From the NCBI GenBank assembly GCA_038087875.1, contig CM075993.1, positions 8,558,001-8,622,000 of the forward strand: 64,000 bases of DNA, in the 5' to 3' direction. Numbering within the stretch: the stretch's first letter is position 1; each line of letters begins with the position of its first letter. This document shows, one piece after another, positions 1-11,164 of this stretch. The position numbers and the translations under genes are program-made. Below the pieces are notes generated by a model, which worked only from the letters and a program-made list of their open reading frames with translations, was not told the DNA's origin and did not search any database. This DNA is from Malacoraja senta (Eukaryota).

Positions 1-82
1 AAAGATTAGCGTCTTCTGATGCCTCCCACTTTACCATTCAGCAACCTTCATCCTCTCTAAACCAGCACAAAATTGATTTAGG

Positions 83-371
83 CTTTAGAGATACAGTGCA
101 GAAACAGGCCCTTCGCCCACTGAGTCCACGCAAACTAGCGATCAACCCATACACTAACACTATCCTACACGCAAGGGACAATTTACAGAAGCCAATTAAC
201 CTACAAACCTGTACGTCTTTAGAGTGGGAAGAAACCGGAGCATCCAGAGAAAACCCACGAGGTCACAAGGAGAACATGCAAACTCCGTACAGACACCACC
301 TGTCGTCAGGGTCGAACCCGGGTCTCTGGTTCGGTAAGGCAGCATCTCTATCGCTGGGCCACCGTGTCACC
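83..371 (-). mobile_element. tRNA-derived SINE (HE1/V-SINE-like)
   Basis: The reverse complement has a tRNA-like head (B box GGTTCGACCC), the central GGAGTTTGCATGTTCTCC...GTGGGTTTTCTC core and a CR1-like 3' tail. Same family as 1461-1757. Confidence 0.85.
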
Positions 372-1460
372 TGAGTTCTGAAAACTCTTCCAACATTTCT
401 CTCATCCTTGGGACAAAGTGCAAGAACGAGCCTGTTACCCGATTCCTTTCTCATCTCTAAACCCTTGCTTGCTTCTCTGTCACCTCTAAAGTCCTTCCCT
501 ATTTCTAATACAATAATCTGATTTCACCCCCTCACCCTCCATTGCTGTCCTCATACCCTACGCTGTCTTCTCCACCCACCATACTCACACTGATGACGTA
601 TAGATGTGTGCTCTTTGGTTCGTATTCTTTGATGGTGCCAATGTAACACTTTACCTACAGCCTTGGAGAATCTTATCCAAGAATTATTTATTTGGTGCTG
701 GCTCGAAGGGCTGAATTGTCTATTGTTGTTCAGAAATCCTATTCAACTTTCAGTTTTATCGTTAACCTCTCAAGTTAGAAAATTCTGTGGGTTTTTTCAG
801 AATCTGTTCAATGTTGGCGGCATTTTAGTCTACAGATGTAATTTTTTAAAAACATTTATTTACTAATGTGACTGGTGACATCTTGCTCCAGGCTCTGATA
901 GGAAACCCATCTGTCTCACTGCCTCAGTAATGAGGCTTTTTGGTGTAAAGGTGTTGACTCAATCTCAAATCATCAACCTCCAATTGTTAGAGTAAGATGC
1001 ATTATCTGCCGACGTGATGTCCGCAGAATGTAGAATTAATAAAGCCAAAATCCCAGCCTTGCCGTTGCTCTCAAACTGTCATTAATTCAGACCTCGTACT
1101 ATAAGACCATATGGTCACTGGTTTGGAATTTGATCAAGCAGCAGATATGAGAAAGGCAAAGTTTTTGGCTAATGCCAGGGGTGTGAGGAGAGAAGGTGTG
1201 CCCCATGATGTGGGAGTGTGTACCTTTATAATGTTATAATGTGAGTAATACAAAACCGAGCTGAGATCACTTTTGTGTTGTGAGGGAACAGCTTTACCTT
1301 TTGTACACAAATGCCGCTCATCTTGGGAATCTGTTTGAATCCAGCATAGACACGCTTTTAACTAATCTATGCACATGGATTCAAAACTAATTTCCAATTG
1401 AAGTAAATGGAAATTGCCTACAGTGGTTTTGAAGGACAGAAGTTTAAAATGAGGAATAGT

Positions 1461-1757
1461 GGGGCGGCACGGTGGCACAGTGGTGGAGTTGCTGCCTTAC
1501 AGCATTTGCCGCGCTGGAGAACCGAGTTCGATCCTGTTTAAGGGTGCCATCTGTACGGAGTTTGTACATTCTCCCCGTGATCTGCATGGGTTTTCTGCGA
1601 GACATTCGGTTTCCTCCTACATGCCAAAGATGTGCAGGTTTGTAGGTTAATCGGCTTGGTATAAGTGTAAAATAGTTCCCAGTGCATGTAGGATAGTGTT
1701 AATGTGTCATCGCGGGGCCGAAGGGCCTGTTTCCGCACTGTATCTCTAAACTAAAAA
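1461..1757 (+). mobile_element. tRNA-derived SINE (HE1/V-SINE-like)
   Basis: A box TGGCACAGTGG, B box GAGTTCGATCC, central core, and a 3' end GGGCCGAAGGGCCTGTTTCC...CTAAACTAAA shared with CR1/HER1 LINE tails. Confidence 0.88.
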
Positions 1758-2734
1758 CGAAATATCTTTGAGCCACGATCTTTAGGAAACACAGCACACT
1801 CCTCTGCCAGCTATAATGATTCAATGAGGAATGTGTTTGGGTTCTGTTGGCCTGTTCTGTAAATGTTCAGGCATCATACTATGGAACCACTTATTAGCTG
1901 GTTGGAAATAAGATCATATAGCTAAATGCTTAATATAGTTTGCTTTTATAATAAAAACCAAAATGTGCAGCAGGTCAGGTAATGAGGAGGAAGAAAGAGA
2001 AATCATATCTGGTTGATGATTTTCCGTCAAACCTTGCAAAGGTGGTCACCGTGAAATATAAACTCTGCTTTCCTCTCCCGAAGTGCTGTCTAACCTGCTG
2101 ATTATTTGCAGCACTTTATTTCAGGCTCCCAGTATCGGAGGTAATTTTGCCTGTGATAGTTAATCGTCCACTATTAAAATTGTTCTCAGCACCCCCAATA
2201 AATGGAGCCAATATATTTCTTGCTCTAATGAGGCCGAGGTGAAAGTAGGCTTTTGTAGCATATCTGGTCATACTACAGCACAGCTGGGAGAGGACTGTAA
2301 AATATACTTCTAAATGCAAATTAGAAGAGCTATATGATGCTCTGCAACTGTGTGGTGTGTTGAACACTCCAAGCTGCCCCTCCAGATATAGAGGTGATGG
2401 TTGTGGAACCTCACTTGGAGTGCAGTCTGTGGCTGGTTGGTACGATGCACACACTTATTACCATGCAGAGTGGAAAATACGTGACTTCAGTGCCCGACCA
2501 TGTCCTTCAATTAGCTTCCCAACTAATTAATTGTGAAGTGTGCTCACTGTTCACATGTTGCCAACTGCGGTTGCTTATTTGAAAACAGCAGGAATTCAAA
2601 GGCAGCAGCTGAGATGATTGACGCGTCAGCCAGTTTATTCGGCAGGATACACAGCGAACCTCCTGCTCCACTTCCAAAGAGCTTCAAAAAATCTTTTGTG
2701 CTTTCGTTGACAGGTAGCTGGGCCCCAGTGAATC

Positions 2735-3745
2735 TTCAGAATGGCAGGCAGTGACTAGTTGGGTGCCGCAAGGCTTGGTGCTGGGATCCCAGTTATTTAC
2801 AATATATATTAACGATTGAGACAGGTGATTTTAAATGTGACATCTCCAAGTTTGCGGATGACACAAAGCTGGGTGGCAGTGTGAGCTGCGAGGAGGATGC
2901 TATGAGGCTGCAGGGTGACTTGGATAGATTGGCTGAGTGGGCAGATGCATGGCAGATGCAGTATAATGTGCATAAATGTGAGGTTATCCTCTATGGTGGC
3001 AAGAACAGGAAGTCAGATTATTATCTGAATTGCGTCAGGTTAAGAAAAGGGGAGGTGCAATGAGACCTGGGTGTGCTTGCACATCAGTCACTGAAAGTAA
3101 GCAGGCAAAGCTAATGGCATGTTGGCCTTCATTGTGAGAGGATTTGAGTTTAGGAGCAAGGAGTTTTCAAAGGAGCAGGGCTACAGCAGTTGTACAGAAC
3201 ACTGGTAAGACTGCACCTGGAGTATTGTGTGCAGTTTTGGAAATACATTATTGCTATTGAGGGAGTGCAGCGTAGGTTCACCAGGTTAATGCACGGGATG
3301 GCGGGACTGACATATGATGAAAGAATGGGTCGACTGGGCTTGTATTCACTGGAATTTAGAAGGATGAGAGGGATCTTATAGAAACATATAAAATTCTTAA
3401 AGGATTGGGCAGGCAGGAAAAATGTTCCTGATGATGGGGGAGTCCAGAACCAGGGGTCACAGTTTAAGAATAAGGGGTAGGCCATTTAGGACTGAGATGA
3501 GGAAACATTTTTTCACCTGGAGAGTTGCGAATCTGTGGAATTCTCTGCCACAGAAGACAGTGGAGGCCAATTCACTGGAAGTATTCAAGAGAGAGTTACA
3601 TTTAGCTCTTAGGGCTAAAGGAATCAAGGGATATGGTGGAAAAAGCAGGAATGGGGTACTGATTTTAGATGATCAGCCATGATCATATTGAATGACGGTG
3701 CTGGCTCGAAGGGCCGAATGGCCTACTCCACCTATTTTTCAATAT
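2735..3745 (+). mobile_element. 5'-truncated CR1/HER1-like LINE (RT C-terminus and 3'UTR), degenerate
   Basis: Frameshifted pieces KFADDTKLGG, LQGDLDRL, LVRLHLEYCVQFW, RTRGHSLRI, and the conserved 3' end GGCTCGAAGGGCCGAATGGCCTACTCC. Confidence 0.92.
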
Positions 3746-4240
3746 TTCGTCTCACCAGGGAGGAGGTGAAGTAGCAAGACTTGCACCTCCTACGGTTGCA
3801 GGGGGACAGGGAGTGGGGCCAGGGTGGGGAGAGACAAATAGACTCGGGAATCATGGAGAGAGTGGTCCCGGTGGAAGGTGAAGGGGTGGGGAGGGGACGG
3901 TGTGGCTGCAGGTGCAATCCCATTGCAGCCAGTGGAAATGATGATGGATATGCATAGGAAAGGTTTATAGGGATGGGGGCCAAATGAGGGCAAATGGGAC
4001 GAGCTTAGATGGGCATTTTGGTCTGCATGGACAAGTTGGGCCGAAGAACCTGTTTCCATATTGTATTCCTCTATGTCTCTACAAAAGGCAACACCTCTGA
4101 TGGTGCAGCACTCCCTCAGTACTGCACTGGATTGTCTAATCTCAAGCTTAATGCCAGACGAGTCAATTTGAGGCATACGTGCTTAACCTTGGCTAATTTG
4201 TGTGTGATAGTAAGGAGTACTGTTTCTCTTTCAATTACAG

Positions 4241-4400
4241 ACGAGTGAAAAGCCGCCTCATGAAAGGGAGCGAGGGGATCGAGACATCGATAAGGAACGG
4301 CCCCGTTCTTCCCCATCCCAGCGACAGATCGCCTCGCATCATCATCTTGGAATGGGATACCCATTGCTTCCAGGCCAATATGACCTCCCATATGCAACAG
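4241..4400 (+). CDS. ZNF609: ZNF609-like zinc finger protein, penultimate coding exon (160 nt, phase 0 to phase 1)
   Basis: Pyrimidine tract plus TTACAG acceptor before 4241 and CAG|GTAGGT donor after 4400. Translates to [53 protein letters not shown], matching the recalled ZNF609/ZNF608 C-terminal RPRTSPSQR...HHH.LGY.LLP.QY.LPYA motif. This frame is absent from the ORF track. Confidence 0.88.
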
Positions 4401-5015
4401 GTAGGTCGAGGAGGAGACACTTTGCATTTACAATAAAATGATTCAATTTCAGTAGTTGTGCGTACACGTGGGGTGCTGCATCAAGCAGGTCTGTGGAGTG
4501 AGCAACTTTGCTGCACTTCCCACTTTGTGTCAGCTGGGGATACATGGTGCAAACCTTGAGCTGCACTCCCTGAAGGAAGGATGAGATAATTATGCAAATT
4601 ACAGCACAATTGCATAACTGCGTATCTCATTATACTTTGCTGTCGTGCAGTCTGTGGAATATTTTCCCCTTTGTGATGTTTTACAATTTAAAAGATGTTA
4701 AATTATTTAAAATGTTCTTACATATGTCACTAGTTGTGCATTTACAATAACTTATTATCCCAGCCATTAAATTAGGTGAGACCCCTAAATAACACAGTAT
4801 TATAATCCGTGGCACATGAAGTGTAGCGTTATATTAATCCAGTCTCCGGGTGCCCGGGCAGAGTGCCTCAAGGGACATCCACTTTAGGAGGGAGGTGATG
4901 GCAGGGGCTACTCCTCTGCTGCATTCCAAGCTCCATCTGTGCAACAATGTCCTGACACATTGTCATTGAGTGTGTTGCGTAACATATTTCACAAGATCCT
5001 TCCTAACACACCCTA

Positions 5016-5328
5016 GTGACACAGCAGTAGACTTGCTGCCTTACAGCACCAGAGACCCAGGTTCAATCCTGACTGTGGATGCTGCCTGTTTGGAGTTTGT
5101 ACGTTTTGTGACCCGTGGGTTTTCTCCGGGTGCTCCAGTTTCTCCCCGCACTCCAAAGATGTTTGTAGGTTAATTGCTGGTTTGTAGGTTAATTAGCTTT
5201 GGTTAAAAAAGGTTTGTAAATTGTCCCTAGGGTGTAGGATAGTGCTAGTGCATGGGATGATCGCTGGTTGGCGAGGACTTGGTGGGCCGAAGGGCCTGTT
5301 TCGCGTTATATCTCTAAAGTCTAAAGTT
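5016..5328 (+). mobile_element. tRNA-derived SINE (HE1/V-SINE-like)
   Basis: B box GGTTCAATCC, central core and CTAAAGTCTAAAG tail; short internal duplication GTTTGTAGGTTAATT. Confidence 0.85.
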
Positions 5329-5553
5329 AAAGACCTGGTCCATGTAATGCTCTGGACAAGATATTACAAGATCATCGAGACAAATCCATCACAGTATTTT
5401 TCTTGTTGTGTTAGATCTATTTATTTTTCCCTTGCTGGCTAGAAGTGGGGGGTTGGTTGCTGGAGCTCATGTGTGTAGGGAGGAAGGTGCCTGCTCACCG
5501 CACTGTACATTATTCTCTCTCCTAATCCCAGGACTGTCCACCTTCATTTACAG

Positions 5554-5639
5554 GCCTCTCCTCCCCAGCCATTGTCGCAAGCCAACAGGCTGCAGCACAA
5601 GCCTCGGTGTCCAACCTGTTCCCACCAACCAGAAGGTGA
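5554..5639 (+). CDS. ZNF609: ZNF609-like last coding exon, containing the stop codon (exon continues to donor after 5644)
   Basis: TTTACAG acceptor. The phase-1 join to the previous exon gives G-LSSPAIVASQQAAAQASVSNLFPPTRR*, matching the recalled ZNF609 end GLSSTAIVASQQ...PPPRR*. TGA at 5637-5639, then GAATG|GTAAGA donor. Confidence 0.88.
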
Positions 5640-6799
5640 GAATGGTAAGAGAAATCAAAGACTATTTTTCCTCTTTTATGTTGTATGTTTACTGAAGGCA
5701 TGCAGGGAAACACACAGGATGGTGAATGAGGTTGGTAAACGGCTGGGACAAATATCTGAGTGTGGTATGATGTTGGGGTGGGATTTGAAGCACATCTCAA
5801 GAGAAAGGCTCTGGGAGTGGGAACTCGGGGGCTGCACAGTGTCGCACCTCACAGCTCCAGACACAGCACCAGGCTCCATCCTCACCTCTGGTGCACTCTG
5901 TGTGGAGTTTACACGTTCTCCCTATGACTCTGTCTGCTCCCACATCTCAAATATGTATAGGTTAATGGGCTGCTGTAAATTTCCCCTGGTGCAGGGGAGT
6001 GGTAAAATCTGGGGGAACTTGATGCGAATGTGGAGAAAATAAAAGGAATCAGTGGTAAAAGGGCATGTTTCCATGCTAACTATGAATGATAAGGTGTTCA
6101 GAAGTGGAAGACAAAATGTTCTTGGCCTCGTGGTAGCATTACTGATTCAGGCAGCTGTTAGAGCTCTGGTGAGTCAATGTCCTTGTGGGGACAAAATCCA
6201 GCGGGTTAAAATTCAGAATCATGATTGGACCAGATAATCCACTGAGGGTATTGTAAGGTAAGAGGGGAAAGATTTAATAAGAACCCAAGAGGCAGCTTTT
6301 TCACACAGAAGGTGGTGGGTTTATGAAAGTGAGCTGCCAGAGGAAGTAGTTCAGGCAGTTCCAATAACAACATTTAAAATACATTGGGACAGTTACATCG
6401 ATAGGAAAGGCAAACAATAGATAAATGGACAAATTGGGCCAAAAGGGCTGTTTCCATGCTGTATGACTCTAAGGAAGTATTATTTAGGGATGTAAATAGC
6501 TGGTGGTAAGAAAAGAGATGGGGCCAAGGATTTTCTGGAGCTTAGTGATTACTTTTAAAGGCATTTACCAAGGAAGAGGATGCTACCAAGAAGGGGAGGC
6601 GGTGGAGATGATTCAGGGGGGTGGATGCTATTATGGAGCTATCAGAGAGCTGTGCTTAAAACAAAATAGAGGGGAAGGGCCTGGGCCTGACTGCTGGGGA
6701 TTGTGCTAGAGGTTGCGATGGACTTGCCACGACTACCACTTCTTTGGTGTGGAGGAGGTGACAGAAGTAATTGGCAAGTGTGACGCTCACAGCCAGGTA

Positions 6800-8127
6800 C
6801 AGGGCCCTCCATAATGTTTGGGACAAGGACCCGTCATTTATTTATTTGCCTCTGTACTCCACAATTTGAGATTTGTAATAGAAAAAAAATCACATGTGGT
6901 TAAAGTGCACATTGACATCAGCCAAACCTTAGGCTTACCAAAATCAACTGTTTGGAACATCATTAAGAAGAAAGAGAGCACTGGTGAGCTTACTAATCGC
7001 AAAGGGACTGGCAGGCCAAGGAAGATCTCCACAGCTGATGACAGAAGAATTCTCTCTATAATAAAGAAAAATTCCAAAACACCTGTCCGACAGATCAGAA
7101 ACACTATTCAGGAGTCAGGTGTGGATTTGTCAATGACCACTGTCTGCAGAAGACTTCATGAACAGAAATACAGAGGCTACACTGCAAGATGCAAACCACT
7201 GGTTAGCTGCAAAAATAGGATGGCCAGGATACAGTTTACCAAGAAGTACTTAAAAGAGCAACCACATTTCTGGAAAAAGGTCTTGTGGACAGATGATACG
7301 AAGATGAACATATCAGAGTGACCAAAGTATGGAGGAGAGAAGGAACTGCCCAAGATCCAAAGCATACCACCTCATCTGTAAAGCACGGTGGTGGGGGTGT
7401 GAAGGCCTGAGCATGTATGGTTGCTGAAGGTTCTGACTCACTTATCTTCATTGATGATACAACTGCTGATGGGAGTAGCATAATGAATTCTGAAGTGTAT
7501 AGACACATCCTATCTGCTCGAGTTCAAACAAATGCCTCAAAACTCATTGGCCAGTGGTTCATTCTACAGCAAGACAATGATCCCAAACATACTGCTAAAG
7601 CAACAAAGGAGTTTTTCAAAGCTAAAAAATGGTCAATTCTTGAGTGGCCAAGTCAATCACCCGATCTGAACCAATTGAGCATGCCTTTTATATGGTGAAG
7701 GGAAAACTGAAAGGGACTAGCCCCCAAAACAAGCATAAGCTAAAGATGGCTGCAATACAGGCCTGGCAGAGCATCACCAGAGAAGACACCCAGCAACTGG
7801 TGATGTCCATGAATCGCAGACTTCAAGCAGTCATTGCATGCAAAGGATATGCAACAAAATACTAAACATGACTACTTTCATTTACATGACATTGCCGTGT
7901 CCCAAACATTATGGTGCCCTGAAATGGGGGGGACTGTATAAACACTGCTGTAATTTCTACATGGTGAAACTAAACTGTGTAAAAATTGCCTTTATTAAAA
8001 TCTGACAATGTGTACTTTAACCACATGTGATTTTTTACAAATTTCAAATTACAAATTTCAAATTATGGAGTACAGAGGCAAATAAATAAATGTCGGGTCT
8101 TTGTCCCAAACATTATGGAGGGCACTG
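6800..8127 (+). mobile_element. Tc1/mariner DNA transposon, defective (5' deletion, frameshifts), in a ZNF609 intron
   Basis: TA flanks at 6798-6799 and 8128-8129. TIRs CAGGGCCCTCCATAATGTTTGGGAC / GTCCCAAACATTATGGAGGGCACTG. Transposase pieces GRPRK, WTDDTK, QQDNDPKH, WPSQSPDLN and GYATKY lie in shifting frames. Confidence 0.95.
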
Positions 8128-9399
8128 TAGGAAAATAGGAACAGGAGTGGATGGATGTGGTAAGCTGAAGGGCATGTTTCAGTTCAGTACAGCTCCATGA
8201 CTCTGAGTCGATCACTTGGCCGCTCAAGCCTGCTCTGCCATTCATTATTACCATCGACAGTTGTGTTTAACACTTCTGTCTCAGACAAGATGATGGTAGT
8301 CAATGTAGTTTCTCAGGGTCTATGCAGGGACCACTGGTTCTAATATACTGCGGATATGGCCGTGTAAACTAATGTTTCATGATTTGCAGCTGACGCAAAA
8401 AGTATCCTAAACAGTGAGGATAAGGAAGGGCGGAAGAAGACATAAATAGCTTTTCAGAAGGGCAAGCAAACAACAGATGGGATTTATGTTTTGGCAGGAG
8501 GAAGGAGGCGAGGCAGTATTTACACAGTTGCACAGTTCTAGTGTGTGTGGGAGCCGAGAGAGCGGAGTGTGTGTGTGTGCACAGGCATGAAAGTGGCAGT
8601 CTGTTGATAGAGTGAAGTAAATGGGCTTGGGTACAAACATCAAGGTGTCGGGTACACAACCAGGAAGGTTGCATAGGACCAATATTTAAACAAAACCTGG
8701 TTGATTTACAGCTGGGGAAGTGCGTCTAATTTTGGTCACTGCTAAAGAAACGAAGTCAAGCTCCGAGAGAGGGTGCAGAAGAGTGATGCTAGGGGCAAGG
8801 AATTTCAGATGTAATAGAATGGAGAAACCTTACCTTGGAGCAAAGGTTGAGAGAGCATTTAATAGAGGTGTACATGTTAAAGTTTCTATGGGTTGTAGCC
8901 TTAGTTGTGTTGTGAACAATGAACCCAAATGTAATGTCATCTGGAGGTCAATGCCCCTGGTAGGGTTACTTATATGGGGAAGTCAAAGGGAAGGTTATCA
9001 GACAGATAATGTTACAACTTTTAATAACTCAGCAGTAATGGAGGCAGATGAAGAGTCCCCAGTTCTGAAGAGCTTTAGCAGAGGAAGCTCTTTATACCTT
9101 GTATACCTTGCGTTAGATTTGGATTCATCGTCCACCAGGGCTTGTGAGGTTACTGGTGTGCAGTGATTGTGCTGAAAGAACTCGCAGGCAGCTCCTTCCA
9201 AACTGCCATTCCCTCCACCACAACAGAGATGGGGTTGGGTGCTCTGATCATTGATCATTCAGTCACAAATTCACATAGGCGGCCTTCATACAATGGTCAT
9301 CTTGCACTGGGGAGTGAGGATGGATGTGAAATAGGATAGTGCAGGTGTGTCTGAGATTCCTCCTTGAGATGTCTTCTGCTCAAAGCAACATGATAAAGT

Positions 9400-10720
9400 G
9401 TCCCGTTCATCCCAGGTGGATATCAGTCTGGATAAACCAGATTACTCCCAAACAATAGCCCAAAATGCAACATCACGTGCAACCTTGGAGCTGTTATGGA
9501 TAATGCAAGCAGCGGCTGACCTGAGGGAAAGCTGTCAGTAGGTGCATAAGAACTTGCTGGTCAGAGGATCAGCATTGCAGCACCTCGAGAGACAGGGTGT
9601 GCTGGGAGGGATGACTGATAGGGCAGCAGCCACACTGACTGGAGAGCAGAATCTGCACATGAGAAACATTGATGGCGTTGATTTTGCCATTAAGAACACT
9701 CTCCGCAGAGAGAGATTTATAAAGCCTTATGATTGAACCGTCTGCAATGGTGCCAGTGTACATTGGTGCAACTTTTGATTCAGAGGAAGAACAAAAAGAA
9801 CAGTTTTATGTCAGTCATGATGAGGAAGACAAGAATCATTTTACTTAGCGATGACTATGCAAGAGCAGTAAGGACCAGCACTGCTGGCAACGAGGGAGAT
9901 GCCAATTCCAGTGCCTTTCTCCCTTCTCTGCAGAAGTGCTGAATATGACCTTGTGATTTACAACAAAGTATTTCGTTCACATGACCCATAAAGAATCGGG
10001 TGCAAACTGCTAGCAATACATCACATGGGGATGAGATCGGAAGAACCTTTACCTCACCAGAGATACAAGGAGTGCTGGCCACTTCCCCACTGACCAATGG
10101 CTGATCGAACAATGCCTAAAATCAAAATTCAAAAATCAAGGGTAGTGAATCTGGAATTCTTTGCCACAGATGGCTGTGAAGGCCAAGTCAATAGATTAAG
10201 GCAGAGATAGAGAGATAGATTCTTGATTAGTATGGGTGTCGGGTTATGGGAGAAGGCAGGAGAATGGGGTTAGGACGGAAAGATAGATCAGCCATGATTT
10301 AATGGCAGAGTAGACTTGATGGGCCGAATGGCCCAATTCTGCTTCGATCACTTATGATCTTATGACTTTGAATGAAGTCTGCTGCTGCAGGGTCCGTGGA
10401 AATGCACAGAATGAGAAGAAAGCACAGCTAAAGAATGCACCCTCCCCCTGACCAATAATGAAGACCAGAACCACTCAGCAAGGCCCTGAAATCTGCCATC
10501 TAGAGTCATGAACGTTTAACACTAAATATCGTCAGGTTTGGGTTGACGGAAGAGAAATGCAGCTCAAGTACTTGCTCTGAACAAAAGAGGAAAGCCCACT
10601 GTGATTGCAAAGACAAGTATGATAATCTAGAAAAATACCAAGCCCTCCAACAAATCAAAGCACAAACATAAGGACTTGAGAAAATGCATGCAATTGGTGA
10701 GGGAAAGCTGCCAACTTGTG
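9400..10720 (+). mobile_element. Old RTE-clade LINE relic (APE endonuclease region), interrupted by a CR1 3' fragment at about 10139-10367
   Basis: Degenerate motifs DGVDFAIKN (cf. HGVGFAIKN), GATFDSEEEQKEQFY (cf. APT..EEKEKFY), IILLSDDYARA (cf. IILGDFNARV) and KCAEYDLVIYN. Confidence 0.6.
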
Positions 10721-11164
10721 GACAGCCATGATATGTAGACCCTCTTCATTGCATAGTTTCCTAACCGCAGGAGGCTATTGAGCCCATCAAGTCTTTGCCA
10801 GCTCACCGAACCATTCCATTCCCATCAATTCCTGCCAGTTTCTACCAACTTGCACACTGGGGGAAACTTAGTGATCAGTTAGTCTACCAACCCACGCATA
10901 TTTGGGGTGTGGGAGGAAACTGGAGCTCCCAGGGGAACCCACGTGGCCACAGGGAGAACCTGCACATTTTCCACATGACAGCACCTGAGTTCAGAATCGA
11001 ACCTGCTGGTGAGTGGCAGGGGCTGTACTATTTGTGTCACTCTGCCACCCATCTATTGTACGATACATTGCATATTTCTGTAAATTGCAGCTTATAGCCC
11101 TGTTGACACATAGAGATTGCTGAAAGCTTCGCTAGTTTCTAACCCTGTACATTTTCTGTTTCAG

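Noticed and set aside
1461..1545. tRNA gene
   Set aside because: The A and B boxes are the head of a SINE and continue into the SINE core and LINE-derived tail.
2589..2713. AG...GT-bounded open stretch (RNSKAAAEMIDASASLFGRIHSEPPAP) as a ZNF609 exon
   Set aside because: It does not resemble the expected preceding exon (ending ...LQQHA..YKSKSP) and the acceptor lacks a pyrimidine tract. The real upstream exon is probably outside the window.
4200..4436. ORF-track frames (78 aa +, 103 aa -) over the exon
   Set aside because: These are the wrong frame or strand. The ZNF609-like peptide is in a different + frame defined by splice sites.
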